64,000 nucleotides of DNA, taken from Pelagomonas calceolata. Taxonomy: Eukaryota. The notes under the pieces are model-generated. The model saw only the letters and a list, made by a program, of their open reading frames with translations. It did no database searches and had not been told where the DNA came from. This document shows, piece after piece, positions 51,301 to 63,222 of the stretch. Each line of letters opens with the position of its first letter. Position 1 is the first letter of the stretch. Made by a program: the position numbers and the translations under genes. Location: contig CAKKNE010000003.1 of the NCBI GenBank assembly GCA_918797485.1, forward strand, positions 3,224,001-3,288,000. Reading direction: 5' to 3'.

Positions 51301-54300
51301 ACGCACGCGGATGGCTGCACGTCGACCATTGCCTGCGCGCGATGCTGACCTCGGTGAGGCACTTCGGCTCCTCGGCGTTGCGGCGGCGCGCGAGGCTGAT
51401 CTACTGGCGATCATCATGCGCTGGAAAAACACGCCATTAGGCCTTGCGGACGTGAGCTGTGCTGCAGGCACAGCACCACCGCAGCCGGCACTTGTTTCGC
51501 GCACCCAGGCGGCGGTGACGCTCCAGCCGCGCAAGTGGAACGGGCCGCCGGGCGTCGACCATCTCAGGTGTTTTGGGAAGGCTGCAGGCGATTACCCGCG
51601 CTGATTCCAATCGCCCGCTCATTTGATGACCATGCGGCCCGCCCTTTGGGGGCAGCGGTGTGCGTGAGTGTACACTGACCGTTGCTCACTGCGCCATTGC
51701 TGACCCAAGATAACTTGTCTTCCGATGTCCGCACAGGTGCAGGTACTGACGTGTCTCTTACAAACGTGGAGCTGCCTGGCCTCGGCGTGCCGATTAGATA
51801 CGACGCAACGACGGGTACAGGTGCTGCCATCCGCGTCTCAGGGCTCTGCGCGAACGAGGCGTACGTCTTTGCTATCGGCGCGTTCGATGCGGCAGGCCGG
51901 CCAATTGGGCCTATCGGCCCAACAGGACCAGAAATCGATGCGCTTGTGCCTCTGCCGCTGCCACTGTGTTTTGCACTCGTAGCGCGAGAAGCGGTCGCGC
52001 TGGGGGTGGAAAGGACAGCAACCGCCGCCGCGCTTGTCGTCTATGAGCACATTGTTGACGTTGATGCGTCAGGCGGCCATGCGCTCCGGGCGGCCAGGGT
52101 CACTCGCGCATCACTGGCCGAAGTCTATGCGTTCGTGGACTGCGCACGTATTCTTGCGGACTGCTCGGAAAATGGGGGTCTCTCATTTGCGTATGCACCC
52201 GGCATTCTGGAGCCTAGGGACGCAACTGGTACCGGAGACACGAACAGCGGAACGGCGAGAACAGCCACGACCGCGGCCAGTGGTGCGCTGACGGCGCCCA
52301 TCCAAGCAATGCAATACACTAAGGTTGAAATCCTGCTTCGGACCGTTGAAGTCTCGGCACTGACTGTGGGGCAAGATCCGGAGACACTGATCGACTGCAT
52401 CATACGATGCTACTGCGCGGCAGTCCCGCTGCTCAAACTGCGAGCCGGGCATCCACGTTGCCTCGTCTTTCGTGCCCTGGTGACACTACATCAGGCGCTT
52501 TGGCTTGTTCCACTAGGTAGTTGGGACGAAACCGTGCGGGAGATGTTTTCCTGCGTCGTCACCTGCGTTGCAAGCAGTTGAGAGGTGCATCTGGGCCGTT
52601 GATCAACGCATTCCGTATCCACGCAGATCTCGTATCAGGTCATGCTTGCCGGAGACGCGTGTGCTGAACCACGTGCAGCCGCTTTTGCACTCCTCGAGCA
52701 GACGAGCGCCGTGGCGGCAACATCTGCCGATGTAGGCACTGGCACCAGCGTGAAGCAAAATTTCGATGGGATCGTAGCGTTCCCTGCGTTGCCGCGGTCC
52801 AGTATAGTGTGTGAGCCTCAAGCGGCACTCGTACGGACCTGGCTCGTAGACCCACGATACCGGGTCGCCGGTGTCGATGTACTGCGTGCGGCGGCGGCGC
52901 TAGGTCCTGCGGACGTGCAGCCTCCACCGCTCATGCTCGCCACAGAGAACCCCCAGGCGGCGTGGGCTGCCGTCGTCGCGTGCGCTGACGACCAGTTCAC
53001 GCGAGAGAATGCAGCATCCTCGCTGGCTAGCAGTGGGGAAGGCGCGAACGCAAGTGAAGACCGAGGTGCGGAAGTTGGAGCAGAGGCCGAGTCAGGAAGC
53101 CCACTATTGCCCCCATGCACGGAGAACGCACTCCGCGAGGCGTGCCGCGTCAAAGGAATCGCCCTACGATGCGGCTACTTTGCTCTCATCGAGCGATGGG
53201 CAGAAAGGACGCCGCTGGTCACTGAGGACCGTCTTGTGCCGCTCGTACGCAGGGTCCTTGCGGCAGAGCACGTGGCTGAAGTTCACGCGGCCGCAGAGCT
53301 TGCGGCATCCGCTGCTTTTGCCACCCCACATTGCGCCACGATGGCTGTCGGTACGGACAAAGGCCCCAATAGTGATGTCGACGATAATCTTGCACTTGCG
53401 TCCGCGCCGGACCCAGCAGCCGTGGTCAGGGCTGCGGCCGTGACTGCCGCGCGCGAGGTGCTTCCGTATTTTCGGCACGTCACTAGTGTAGGAGCAGGTG
53501 TTGATGGCGACGCACTGTCGGCTGCTAAAACTGCCGATACCTGTGACCTCGACCCCTCGTCGCAAATGGCACCGCTGGCCACTGCAGCAGGCCCGCGCCC
53601 GCGTCGACGTCGATATTTGAATGACCCGCCAACCAGTCGATCGATCGATAGATCGCCCGGGGCATCGACATCCGGCCGCGCAGGTCAGCTCCTGTGGCTT
53701 GCGGAGATGGAGAAGCTTCGTGGCCTGGCGACATTGGCGACGCTTTGCGCGGGGCCGGGTCACGGCAATAACAGCGACAACACTGATGATAAGACGGTTG
53801 ACGGTATCCGTGCTCTCGGCTGTGTTGGCGCGTTCGACACAGACGTATGCAGCGCAGTCTCACAAGGATACCTCAATGGTGACGACGGTGGCGTCGGTGC
53901 CGAGCCCTCGACCCAAGTGCTCGAGAAGCGTGCGGTGGCAGGCACGGCAATCGATGCGCGCACAGGCGCAGTTGCTACGCTAGCAGCCGAGGTCGCGCGC
54001 GACGCTGTCGCTGCCACTGAGTCGGCAGCGCGTTGCTCTGGGGACCAAGTATTGTCAATTGACAATACAGGGATTACGCCGAGCGCGTCGGCCGCTGCAC
54101 GCTTTTCCACCGCCGTGCGTTACCTAGCGCGCGCAGGGACTCGCGCACGTGAGGCCCGAGCCTGGCACTTGGCGGTGTGCGCCTGTAAACATATCTGGAA
54201 TGCAACTGCAAGCCTATGGATTTCGCCGCTAGCTTTCGCGCCACGCGCTCTTGCGATCGCGCGCTTTGAGGACCAACCACAGCTAGATCCTGCGCCCTTT

Positions 54301-57300
54301 GTCGAAGCTTCTTACGTGCTACTAGATGTCCTTGCCCGCGCACCACATGCATCGGCAGCTAGCAATTGGCTGCGACCACCTTCAGTTATACGTTCGACGG
54401 CCAGTGGCAACGACAAGGACCACGTTCGAGCAGAAGCAACAGAAGCAACATTAGTTGGCGAGGTATCAACTCGCGACGTCGAGCTTACGTACGCTCATAA
54501 TGGTAGCGACACGTTTCCATCCGAGGCGCTCGCTGCCGTAGGACTAGACCCTGAGTGGGTGTGCCAGTTTGTCGCGTACACGTTACGGTGTCTTGCCTAT
54601 GCACGAAGGTGGGACGTCCTCCCGCCGCTCGCAAGGCGTCTTGTGGCGTCAAAGGCGGCGAAGGTATGCGCAATAGCTGACGATGGCGGGCTCGCGCCCG
54701 TGTGGACATACAATTTCTTTGTGACTCCAGCTAGCTCGCACGGTTAGCTTGAGCGACGTGCTCTCACCGTCCAGAGAAGGGAGGAGAATTGGAGGGGAGG
54801 GGGAGACAGTATACATCTCTAGCATCGCATCACGCACCCAACTGATTTTCACGCAGGCCCATCACAGCGATACTCAGTGAGGTGCATGCGCTGACCGTCC
54901 ACGCACACGATCAGGTAGTTCGCCGCGCAGCTGCTCGCGTGCACCGTGCTGAGGTCATACTCACTGACGTCGAGACAAAAGTCGAGGTGGCGACAACACG
55001 ACGCGCAAGCCGGCGTCGGTCGCGCTCGGGCCGGAGTCAACGCGTTGAAGAGCGGTCGGCGGAGGAACGTGCACTTGAGACGCGGTGTCAAGTATGGGCT
55101 GACCTAGTGGGGTCAGCGCGTGCAGCGCACCAGGTGGCCGATCACTGTGCAGAGGTCGCTCGGGCGGCTGATCGCGAGTACCGAAAGGCGCGGCCGCTCA
55201 CGGCCGAGGCGCTCGATGCATGCCGCACCAGTTTTCGCCGTGCGGTTGCCACTGCAACCAAACCTGACGCCGCAGCCACTCTAGCTAATGTTCGCGCAGC
55301 TGCAGCAGCCTACCGGCACGCTGCTAAGCTCATTCGTGAACGCCGAGAGCCGCTACTACTTGCCCAGGCCTACAAGGACGAGGGAGATCTTCACCTTGCC
55401 GCAAATGACGTTGAAGCGGCTGGCATAGCCTGGCATGAGGGTATCGACGCGCTGTTTTCGGCTCGTAATGCAGCCTCCAGTTGGCGGGCTGTCCTCGGTG
55501 GTGGTGTTATCGACCCCGCCGGGCCTGCAGCCAGTGCGTGGCTTCACGCGACACTGGGTCTAATAGGTTGCCTTGTGGGCGGCACGCTTCTGGGTCGCAT
55601 CGCTCGGCACGTGTGTCGTGACAATTTCGATGCCAGGCTCGAACGCGCACGCTTTGCAGCGTGTATGTTCCGAGCGGCCTTTGCTGCCACATTGCCACAC
55701 CCGGGTACGCATCTCATGCGCCCTGGCGGTCAGCGCTGCCTACCGGGCGTCGACGCGGCTTTTGCGCGCTATGAACCTTCGCTCCTCGGCGCGCTCCCAA
55801 CGCCTCTTTTCGGTGCGCCGCGGCGTCTCGCACCGCGTGCGCTCGCGAGCGCGGTAGTTACGACCATTGGCGCACTCGTTCGTGCGGATCGCGCACCGGC
55901 TGCGCTTCCGCTCGCTTGTCTCCTCGAACACATAGCAATAAGTCATCGCTTTGACGTGCGAATGACCGCACTCGCACGTGTGACGCGACTTGGTGCGCTC
56001 ATCGGGGCTGGCCTTGTCGCTGAGGCGGCATCGGTCCTCGCCGCGCTGCTTCGCGGCGCCAATTTGCCTGAAGTTGATGGTGCATATGTGGGCTACGCGA
56101 CCCGCGAGCCCATGCGCACTTCTAGCGCGGACGCTGGGGACCCGCCACCAGCATCGGGGACGCTCCCATTCTGCGGTTTCGCGTCATGGAATGCGGCCCT
56201 GCCGCCCGACGCGGCTGAGAACACGGCCGCCACTACATGGCTCGCTGGCTGGGGCAGTTGCGGCGACGAAGACGCTGAGAGCACCACCACCATGTTCCGG
56301 CGTGCGGGCGACGCGGAGGGCGTGGCGGGTATTGCGCTTGCCGCCCGGCTGCCGCGTGGTTGCGCCGGCCTTCATTCGCTCAACTTGGTAGCGGCTTATG
56401 GCGCCAATGTGCTCGTGGCGCTTTCACTTGCCCGCGCGGAGCTATTGCTGGCGTTGGCTGTCGGCGCTGGTGAGGTCGGTCCTGGAGCAAGTTTGCGCGA
56501 GACGGTAGATGCCATAGCCACCGAGGTCCAAACGACTATGGTAGAAGCTCAGAGCGGCAGCGAGGGAGTTGGCAGTGACTCGTGGGCGCGTGTACGCGAC
56601 ACTTCACGGTGCCTGGACCTCCGCGCGCGATGCGCGCTTGCATCGAACCGTCCAGCGACTGCGCACTGCCACGCAGCGATGCTATTGGCGCTGCTCCAGC
56701 GTCAATGTCGCAGTAGCGATGGCGCCACACGGGCGCACATGCCTGACGCAGCGGCATACGACGTAGATGCGAGTTTCTGGGCGGCCGGCCGCGCGTACCT
56801 CGCGCAATGTGCGCTTCTTCAAAGACGTCTAGACAACGCTATGGTGCATTGTGAGCTTGGGACGGCCGAGGCAGACGTCGTGCGCGACGCCTGTGGTGCA
56901 CGTGATCTCGCCTCCGTGGCAATTGAGGCGGCAGTGAGGCGCGGTAACGACGCTACGACAACACTCGCGGCCGCCGAAGCGCTGATCAATGCTCATGATT
57001 GTGTCGATGTGCCTCATCGCAGCTATGTACGTGCGCTGGTTGGTGCTGCGGGCCTTCAGCGGTGCGCGGCGCTCGCCGAGGATGAGATTGAGGGGGCACT
57101 GGCGCACCTCGAGGCCGCGCATGCACTTCTGGCGCGCGCAGACGCGTCGCTGCTCCAACAGGCTGCCGATCGAGCGTGGATTGGGCTTCAGGGCAACGAG
57201 AGCGTATTAGCACCCGAAGCAGGACCTCCCGTGATACCACTGGCAAACTTGTACCTTGCACCTCTCAGAATATTGCCTGTAGTCCGCACTGCGACTGCTG

Positions 57301-58541
57301 AAACGCTCCTAGACCTGGCAACGGCGGCCGATTTGCTGGATGATGATGCTAGTTTAATGCTCCGGGCGGCTGCTCGCGACGTTGCCGAGGCCGCTTTGGC
57401 AACTGCGTGCCATGTGGTGACGCCAGCACCAGCGCTTCGTGCTACAGCACTTCTTCTAGCGGGTCGAGCGCAACGCGAGCTCTTTCAGCGCCATGGAACC
57501 GTAGGTAGTGCTAGAGCAGCACGCGATGCACTCATGACGGCACTCTCCATTTCGTACGAGTGTGGTCATGACCACGTTGCCATGCGTGGTGCGGCACTTG
57601 AGCTTGTTCGACTTCACTGCGGGCCAGAAGGCGGCGGCGCCGTCGCCCCCGCACGCGAGCTTCAGCTTGCGACGCATTTCCTTTCTCTAGCCGCGCTTCT
57701 CGCGCAGCAGCGGTGTTTATTGGACTTTGAAGCGGCGACACTTGCCGCTGGTGCGCCGGCGCCTGGCTTCAGGGACGCGTTCAGTGTGGCCGATCGTGAG
57801 GACATGGGTGTTCATGACGGTGCCGACATCGCAGTTGCGACTGCCGTCCGCCACCTGCTCGCACTCCGGAGAGAGACGGAAATTCCTGGCGCACTGCTTG
57901 ACGTGCTTGCCATCCGTGCGCACGCCGCGGCGTGCCGCATTCACGAAATCCTGCGCGAGTACCTCCCTGCCTATCGAGAAGCCTGCTGTATGGACTTAGA
58001 CACGCTCATACTCGCAGACAACGTCGTGCCGGCCGTGCCCGAGGCACTCGTCTGCGTCCAGTGGGTCGCAGCGCCGCTTGAAGGTATTCGTAGTGATTCG
58101 GGTATATATCCAACTGTCGAGGCCTACGTCCTCCTTGGCGTTGTCGCCGATCATGCGGGCGTGGGTCGATTCGCCAATGCGCCTCACCTCCTCAAGATCC
58201 ACGCCATAACTTCTGCCGATGTCAGTGCAATGCGGCGCCGCTGTGCCAAGCTCCGCTACGCACTTCAGCGCGCTGGTGGCTGCATCCCACGGGTACTCCG
58301 AGCTGAGTTTGACGTGATTCTCTGCGACATGCATGCCATCCTCCACCCAGGCTCAACCAACGCACGCGCACTTAGCGGCGAGCCGGTCGACTCGACTGGC
58401 GCGTCCCTGGACGTCGAGTGCACTGCGGACACGCTTTTGCTCCTCGGTCAATTCTTCTCCAGTGAACTTGGGACCCGCATATCACACAATGCCCTCTGCT
58501 ATTTTCTCCGTGATGTCTTTGAGCCTAGCATCTCGGCATAA
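48365..58541 (+). CDS. CFAP54: Cilia- and flagella-associated protein 54 (C1d projection); at least 6 introns
   Basis: WLLLNGAILLHGVAEPL, IK|YLPARCRLY, CFGKAAG|AGTDVSLTN, GLCANEAYVFAIGAFD..G and YRHAAKLIRERREPLLLAQAYKDEGDL...W..GIDALF match the CFAP54 pattern. About 3000 aa. Confidence 0.8.
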
Positions 58542-59666
58542 ACTTGAGCTTGAGTAAATGAACTTGAGTAACTACAGGGAGAAGGCCTCTAGAGGCTTGG
58601 TGTATGTCCTTTTCTTTAGGTCCGGAGATCTGGTAGCAACTTTCAAGTTGAAATGAGGCTGGCAACAACCGTGACTTGATGCGTCTGCAGGACTCGGAGA
58701 GCCAAAAAATAATACTAGATGATGAGGAGAAGGACGATGACACTCCATGGGTCAAACAGACACATGGGAAGCATTCAGGGGACTAGGATATATTCTCCGC
58801 AGCCTGAGGTCTCAGGCTGGGCCATTAGTCCCCCCCGGCGGCGCCAGGGGTCACTCCTTGGGTCATGGGTCATTTGCAATCTAGTAGTAGTAGGCTACCG
58901 TGGGTACTAGTAGTATAATAGTACAAAACCGTGACACTGGCAAATAATATAATAACTTGAATCACTCGAATAAAAATGAAATAAATAAATTTATTAAATA
59001 AATAAATAAAAAAGCGAGGACGGAGGAGGTAGAGCTCCACATCAGTGCCGCTTAGCCTTCATACGGCGCATGAAACCGCTAAGGGCCCTCCAGAGGGCAC
59101 ACGGCGGTTTTACTTCACGTTGACGCCCCTAGCTCTCTTTGTCTCATCTGCTCCGCTGGCGTCCGAGTCTTGCTAGCTAGAGCCGGGAAGTCAAATTCCT
59201 AAATGGCTGTGGCGTTTAATGCGGGAATTACACCGATGTCGCAGGAACGAAGAACGCAAAACAAATATTACTCATTATAGATACTCATTGCACACTAAAG
59301 TGGCGAAAATTACTAGAAGTAACAACGCACCCCAACCCTAAACTTCACGTTTGTGGGAAGAGGTTGCTTTGCTTAGAGCCAGGCCGCCTAGCCACCACGA
59401 CGTTTACTCTGGTGACAATTTTCCAGTTCACTTTTTGTCTCCAGAAGTTCCTGCTGCTGTGCTTATGCTAAGATGTTCCTCCTAAATTGCATTTTGAAAC
59501 CCAAACCCCTAAACCTTATAGAAGGACCTTTCTTCCTGGAAAGATAGGAGCATGACATGCAATGATTCACCGCGCACGATTCGAGATTATTAGATTCTTG
59601 GGTGTCACTCCCGACTCGGTATGCACCCTCAAAAATCCAGGGCCACACTGGGGCTATTCCTTTCGC

Positions 59667-61823
59667 TCAAGAGAAGTGAATTCGAGTGCGATCTAAGTCG
59701 ACGTGTATCACCCCTAGCTCCTCATACTCTTCTAGCATGGCAAGAAATTCATCCTCTCGAATAGCATGCTTCACAGCCACACTCATGATCTCCTGGTAGC
59801 TAAATACAATTGTAGCTGCTTTACTTGCAAAGTCACAGAGAATACTAAATGCCCTCGACTTACCGTCAACAGTAATTCCACCTGTGCTTCTTTCAAGGTT
59901 TGTCCATGCTTGTGACAGAGTTGCCAAGCGACAGGCCTCATTTATATCTTCTTGATTCACTTTCTCGTCAAAACGAAGACGTGAGAGGGCTTGAGACAGG
60001 CGCAAGATAGATAGCAACTGCCGTGGGGTCGCAGAGCGTTGATTACTTGTGGCAGATGACTGGCGCCAGCTCACATAAGTCTCAACAACAGAATTACAAA
60101 GATCTGCAGGCAGGAAGGGCACAAACTGACGGGCTTGAGCAATGTAATGTCGAAGAAACGTCGCGTCAAAAGTGTCACATTTCAGCTTTGGATTTGTGAG
60201 AAAGCTATGAACGTGAGTAACATGGCGTGCCAGCGCCACATCAGCTTGAATCTCAGGTCGATCAAGCAAAATGAACATGAGATCAAAACGGGATAAAAGG
60301 CTAGTTGGAAGATTGACATTCTCAGCCAGTGTCTTATTTCTCACATAGCGACCATACAGCGGGTTAGCCGCTGCCAGGACTGCGGTTCTAGCATTTAATG
60401 TTGTAGTGATTCCAGCTTTGGCGATGGAAACTGTTTGCTGCTCCATGACTTCATGAATAGCGGTGCGATCGTATTCATCCATTTTGTCGAATTCGTCTAT
60501 GCAGCAGACACCACAGTCAGCAAGTACCAATGCCCCCCCCTCAAGTGAAGTGTCTGAGGTGACTGCATCTCTGACTACCGCCGCCGTCAGCCCTACGTCT
60601 GAAGATCCCTTTCCAGTCGTGTACACACCACGGGGACTAATAGCAGCAATCGCTTTTAGAAGTTGAGACTTGGCAACACCAGGATCCCCCATAAGACAGA
60701 CGTTAATGTCACCACGAAGGTTTACGCCATCGTCTAGGGTTCGGAATGCCCCTCCCACCAGCTGTAGAAGCAAAGCTTTTTTTACATCCTCATGGCCAAA
60801 AATCTCAGGAGCTATCGACTGAGAGAGCCGTGAATACGCGTTTTGTGAGTTTGCCAACATGTCTATTCTATTTTCAGCATTTGAATCCTTGTCTAGCTCC
60901 CAAAAACTCTGTTTTTCCTTCGTGATATGAGTCGCATCCAAGAAGGTGTCAGATTCGAGTCCCGTTGTGGCGCCCTTGTTACCGCCAGGGGATTGAGGCA
61001 GGAAAATACCACACACAAATACAGTATCACCTGGCGTGCAGTGGCGAGTCAATTCGCCACGGCATTGCACGGTAATTGATCTTGGGACATTACCAACTGG
61101 AACTTGGCTTGGCAGCTCCTGTATTCTTAACTCCTGGTACTTGACGAATTTTGATGCACGCGAATGGTGATAGAGGAGCCCTACTGTATTGTTGTTGGTG
61201 CAATATTCTGATTCACAAGTTGATGGGGGTAAAAATTCAGTTTTGCGCGACAGGTCATAGTACAATTTATGCCCACAACTTTCACAAGTGTAGGCCAGAA
61301 CTTTTGCAAGAGGTTTAACATCAGAGACACGTATGACTATACCACGAAGCTTCACTAGATGTCCGATGTTCGCCGCTTTTAAACGTCGCAGGGGAAGAGT
61401 TTGGACAGTGGATGGCGGCAATAGCCGTGTCTCGTGCCACCGCATCAAATGATCAGAAGAGGTTGAACCTGACTCCCGTTCCAACTCTACGATTAATCTT
61501 TCAGTGATTTTGTGAATAATTGATAGGTATCGAGACGCATTGTCGGTAACCCGTAACAATAGAGCCTAAATAAATGATTGTCTGAGTAATCCCGATATGT
61601 TAGGATAATTCAAAGGGTGATTCGCCTCGTTTTTTGAGAAAATCCTTAAGTCGTCCAATTCTATGACAATAGTCCGAGCGGTGCCCGCGATGATAGATCT
61701 CAGTCTAAGGACATACTTGCACTGATCAGTGTTGGACTTGTCAAGATCACGAAAACAAGTTAAAAAATTCTCGAGTATGCGTTCATCGTCAAGCTGCTCG
61801 ACATGGTAATCGCGCGTTGTCAT
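59667..61823 (-). CDS. MCM7: Replicative helicase subunit MCM7
   Basis: Zn finger CESC...CESEYC, RASKFVKYQELRIQE, GDPGVAKSQLL, IDEFDKM and SRFD. Intron 61566-61625. Confidence 0.93.
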
Positions 61824-62816
61824 CAAAATAGTGTGCTATGCTCGGCAGGACTTTCGTTCCCACGGTACCAGCTTGTACCTCACACTAGAGACCTCAGGCT
61901 ACGGACCGGGGTGGTATTTTGGGGGTACCGTAGGGACCACTTGTGCGAACTTGTACCTACACCTCTAGTCTGGCGGGTAAAGACCCCGCACCCTTTTCGA
62001 TAAAACCCGTTTTCTCTCAAAGGGGCGGGTGACATCGAGGCAAAAGGCCTGATTTACGCCAACCCCCCCAATCAGCCCGCAGCCGTTCTTAGAGGTCTTC
62101 TTGGACCTCCGCAGTGCTGCGGCCGCGAGGAAAAAAATTCTCGGCGCGCCGCCGCGGCGCACCAGGGCGCCTCGGCCAGGCGCTGCTACGGTACCTCGTT
62201 ATTGCTGGAACGGCGCGCGCGGTCGCGACCCGCGGCCCAAAATCACCTCAGCGGTAGCATTTAGCCCTAACTGGCGACCGAGGGACGTCGTCGCTTAGGT
62301 TACAACGAGTTTCGGCGGCCGCGAAACCGTGCCGTGCGGACTCGAAGGCTGCGGCGTTATCGCTGTGAATAAGCACGCGCCGCGTGCCGTCATTGGCGCA
62401 ATGGTCAATCAGAACGCTTGGAGCCGTCGCCGGCGGTGGGACGCCGCGGAAAAAACGCGTGGCACCTTTGCACGAGAATGGGCGCCGAAAGATGTTGGCG
62501 CGCTTCAGTAAGTCGGCGGCCTGTTTGATATCACGCTTGCCGCGTGACTTCGAGTGTGAATGCGTCGGTCTCTGTCCGCGATCATGGCTCGTCTAGGCCC
62601 TCCTACATCGCAGGCGCGCGCCCTCGATCCACATGCCTCAATCGGGCTGGCCCAATCGTGCCAGCAGCACTGGGGTTACTTTAGGTAGTGTGCTTGTATG
62701 ATTCCTTACCCTACTCGGCAATGTTAGAGAAAGTAGGGACCCGTGATGGGCGAGCGCCAAGGCAAAAGCCCTCGTCCCCGGTCTGAGCCGCGGCATATAC
62801 GCCATGGACGCTGGCG

Positions 62817-63222
62817 GACGAGGCCACCCTCCGCCACCTCTGAAACTCGGCGAAGGCCTTCTCGTATATCCTCTCGCACTACTGTCAAAGCCGCGTCGTT
62901 GCATTCTAATGCAAACGTCCAATAGAGGCCCGGGGATGTCTCGAGGGCAGTTTCGAGATCGGGCGTGGCGACCCTCCAAAACTCCCAGAACTCCGTCCAG
63001 AGCATCTAGCAGGACACATCAACGCCCCGCATAAGTGAAAGCTCCTCACTCGATCGGTTGCGCTTGAATCTGGCCGATTTGGCCGAGGGGCGGCCGACGG
63101 TTCTCGGCCGCTGACGGACGAGGCCACCCTCCGCCACCTCTGAAACTCGGCGCAGCTCTTCTTGGGTACTCTCTCCCGCCGCTGTCGAAGGCGCGTCGTT
63201 GCATTCTTCTGCAAACGTCCGC
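62817..63222. repeat. ~105-bp direct repeat with 300-bp spacing (probable TE subterminal repeat)
   Basis: GACGAGGCCACCCTCCGCCACCTCTGAAACTCGGCG...GCGTCGTTGCATTCT..TGCAAACGTCC at 62817 and 63117. Confidence 0.85.

Noticed and set aside
48400..58400. Many antisense and alternate-frame ORFs over CFAP54
   Set aside because: Shadow ORFs expected from GC-rich coding DNA.
60590..60620. MCM7 GKGSSDVG instead of GKGSSGVG
   Set aside because: A single substitution with Walker A/B and the arginine finger intact; not interpretable without an alignment.
143..61625. Introner elements among the introns
   Set aside because: I saw no introns sharing sequence, TIRs or clear TSDs in this window.
62817..63222. 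Direct repeats as a CRISPR array or LTRs
   Set aside because: Only two ~105-bp units, eukaryotic context, and no TG...CA ends, PBS or cas/pol genes.
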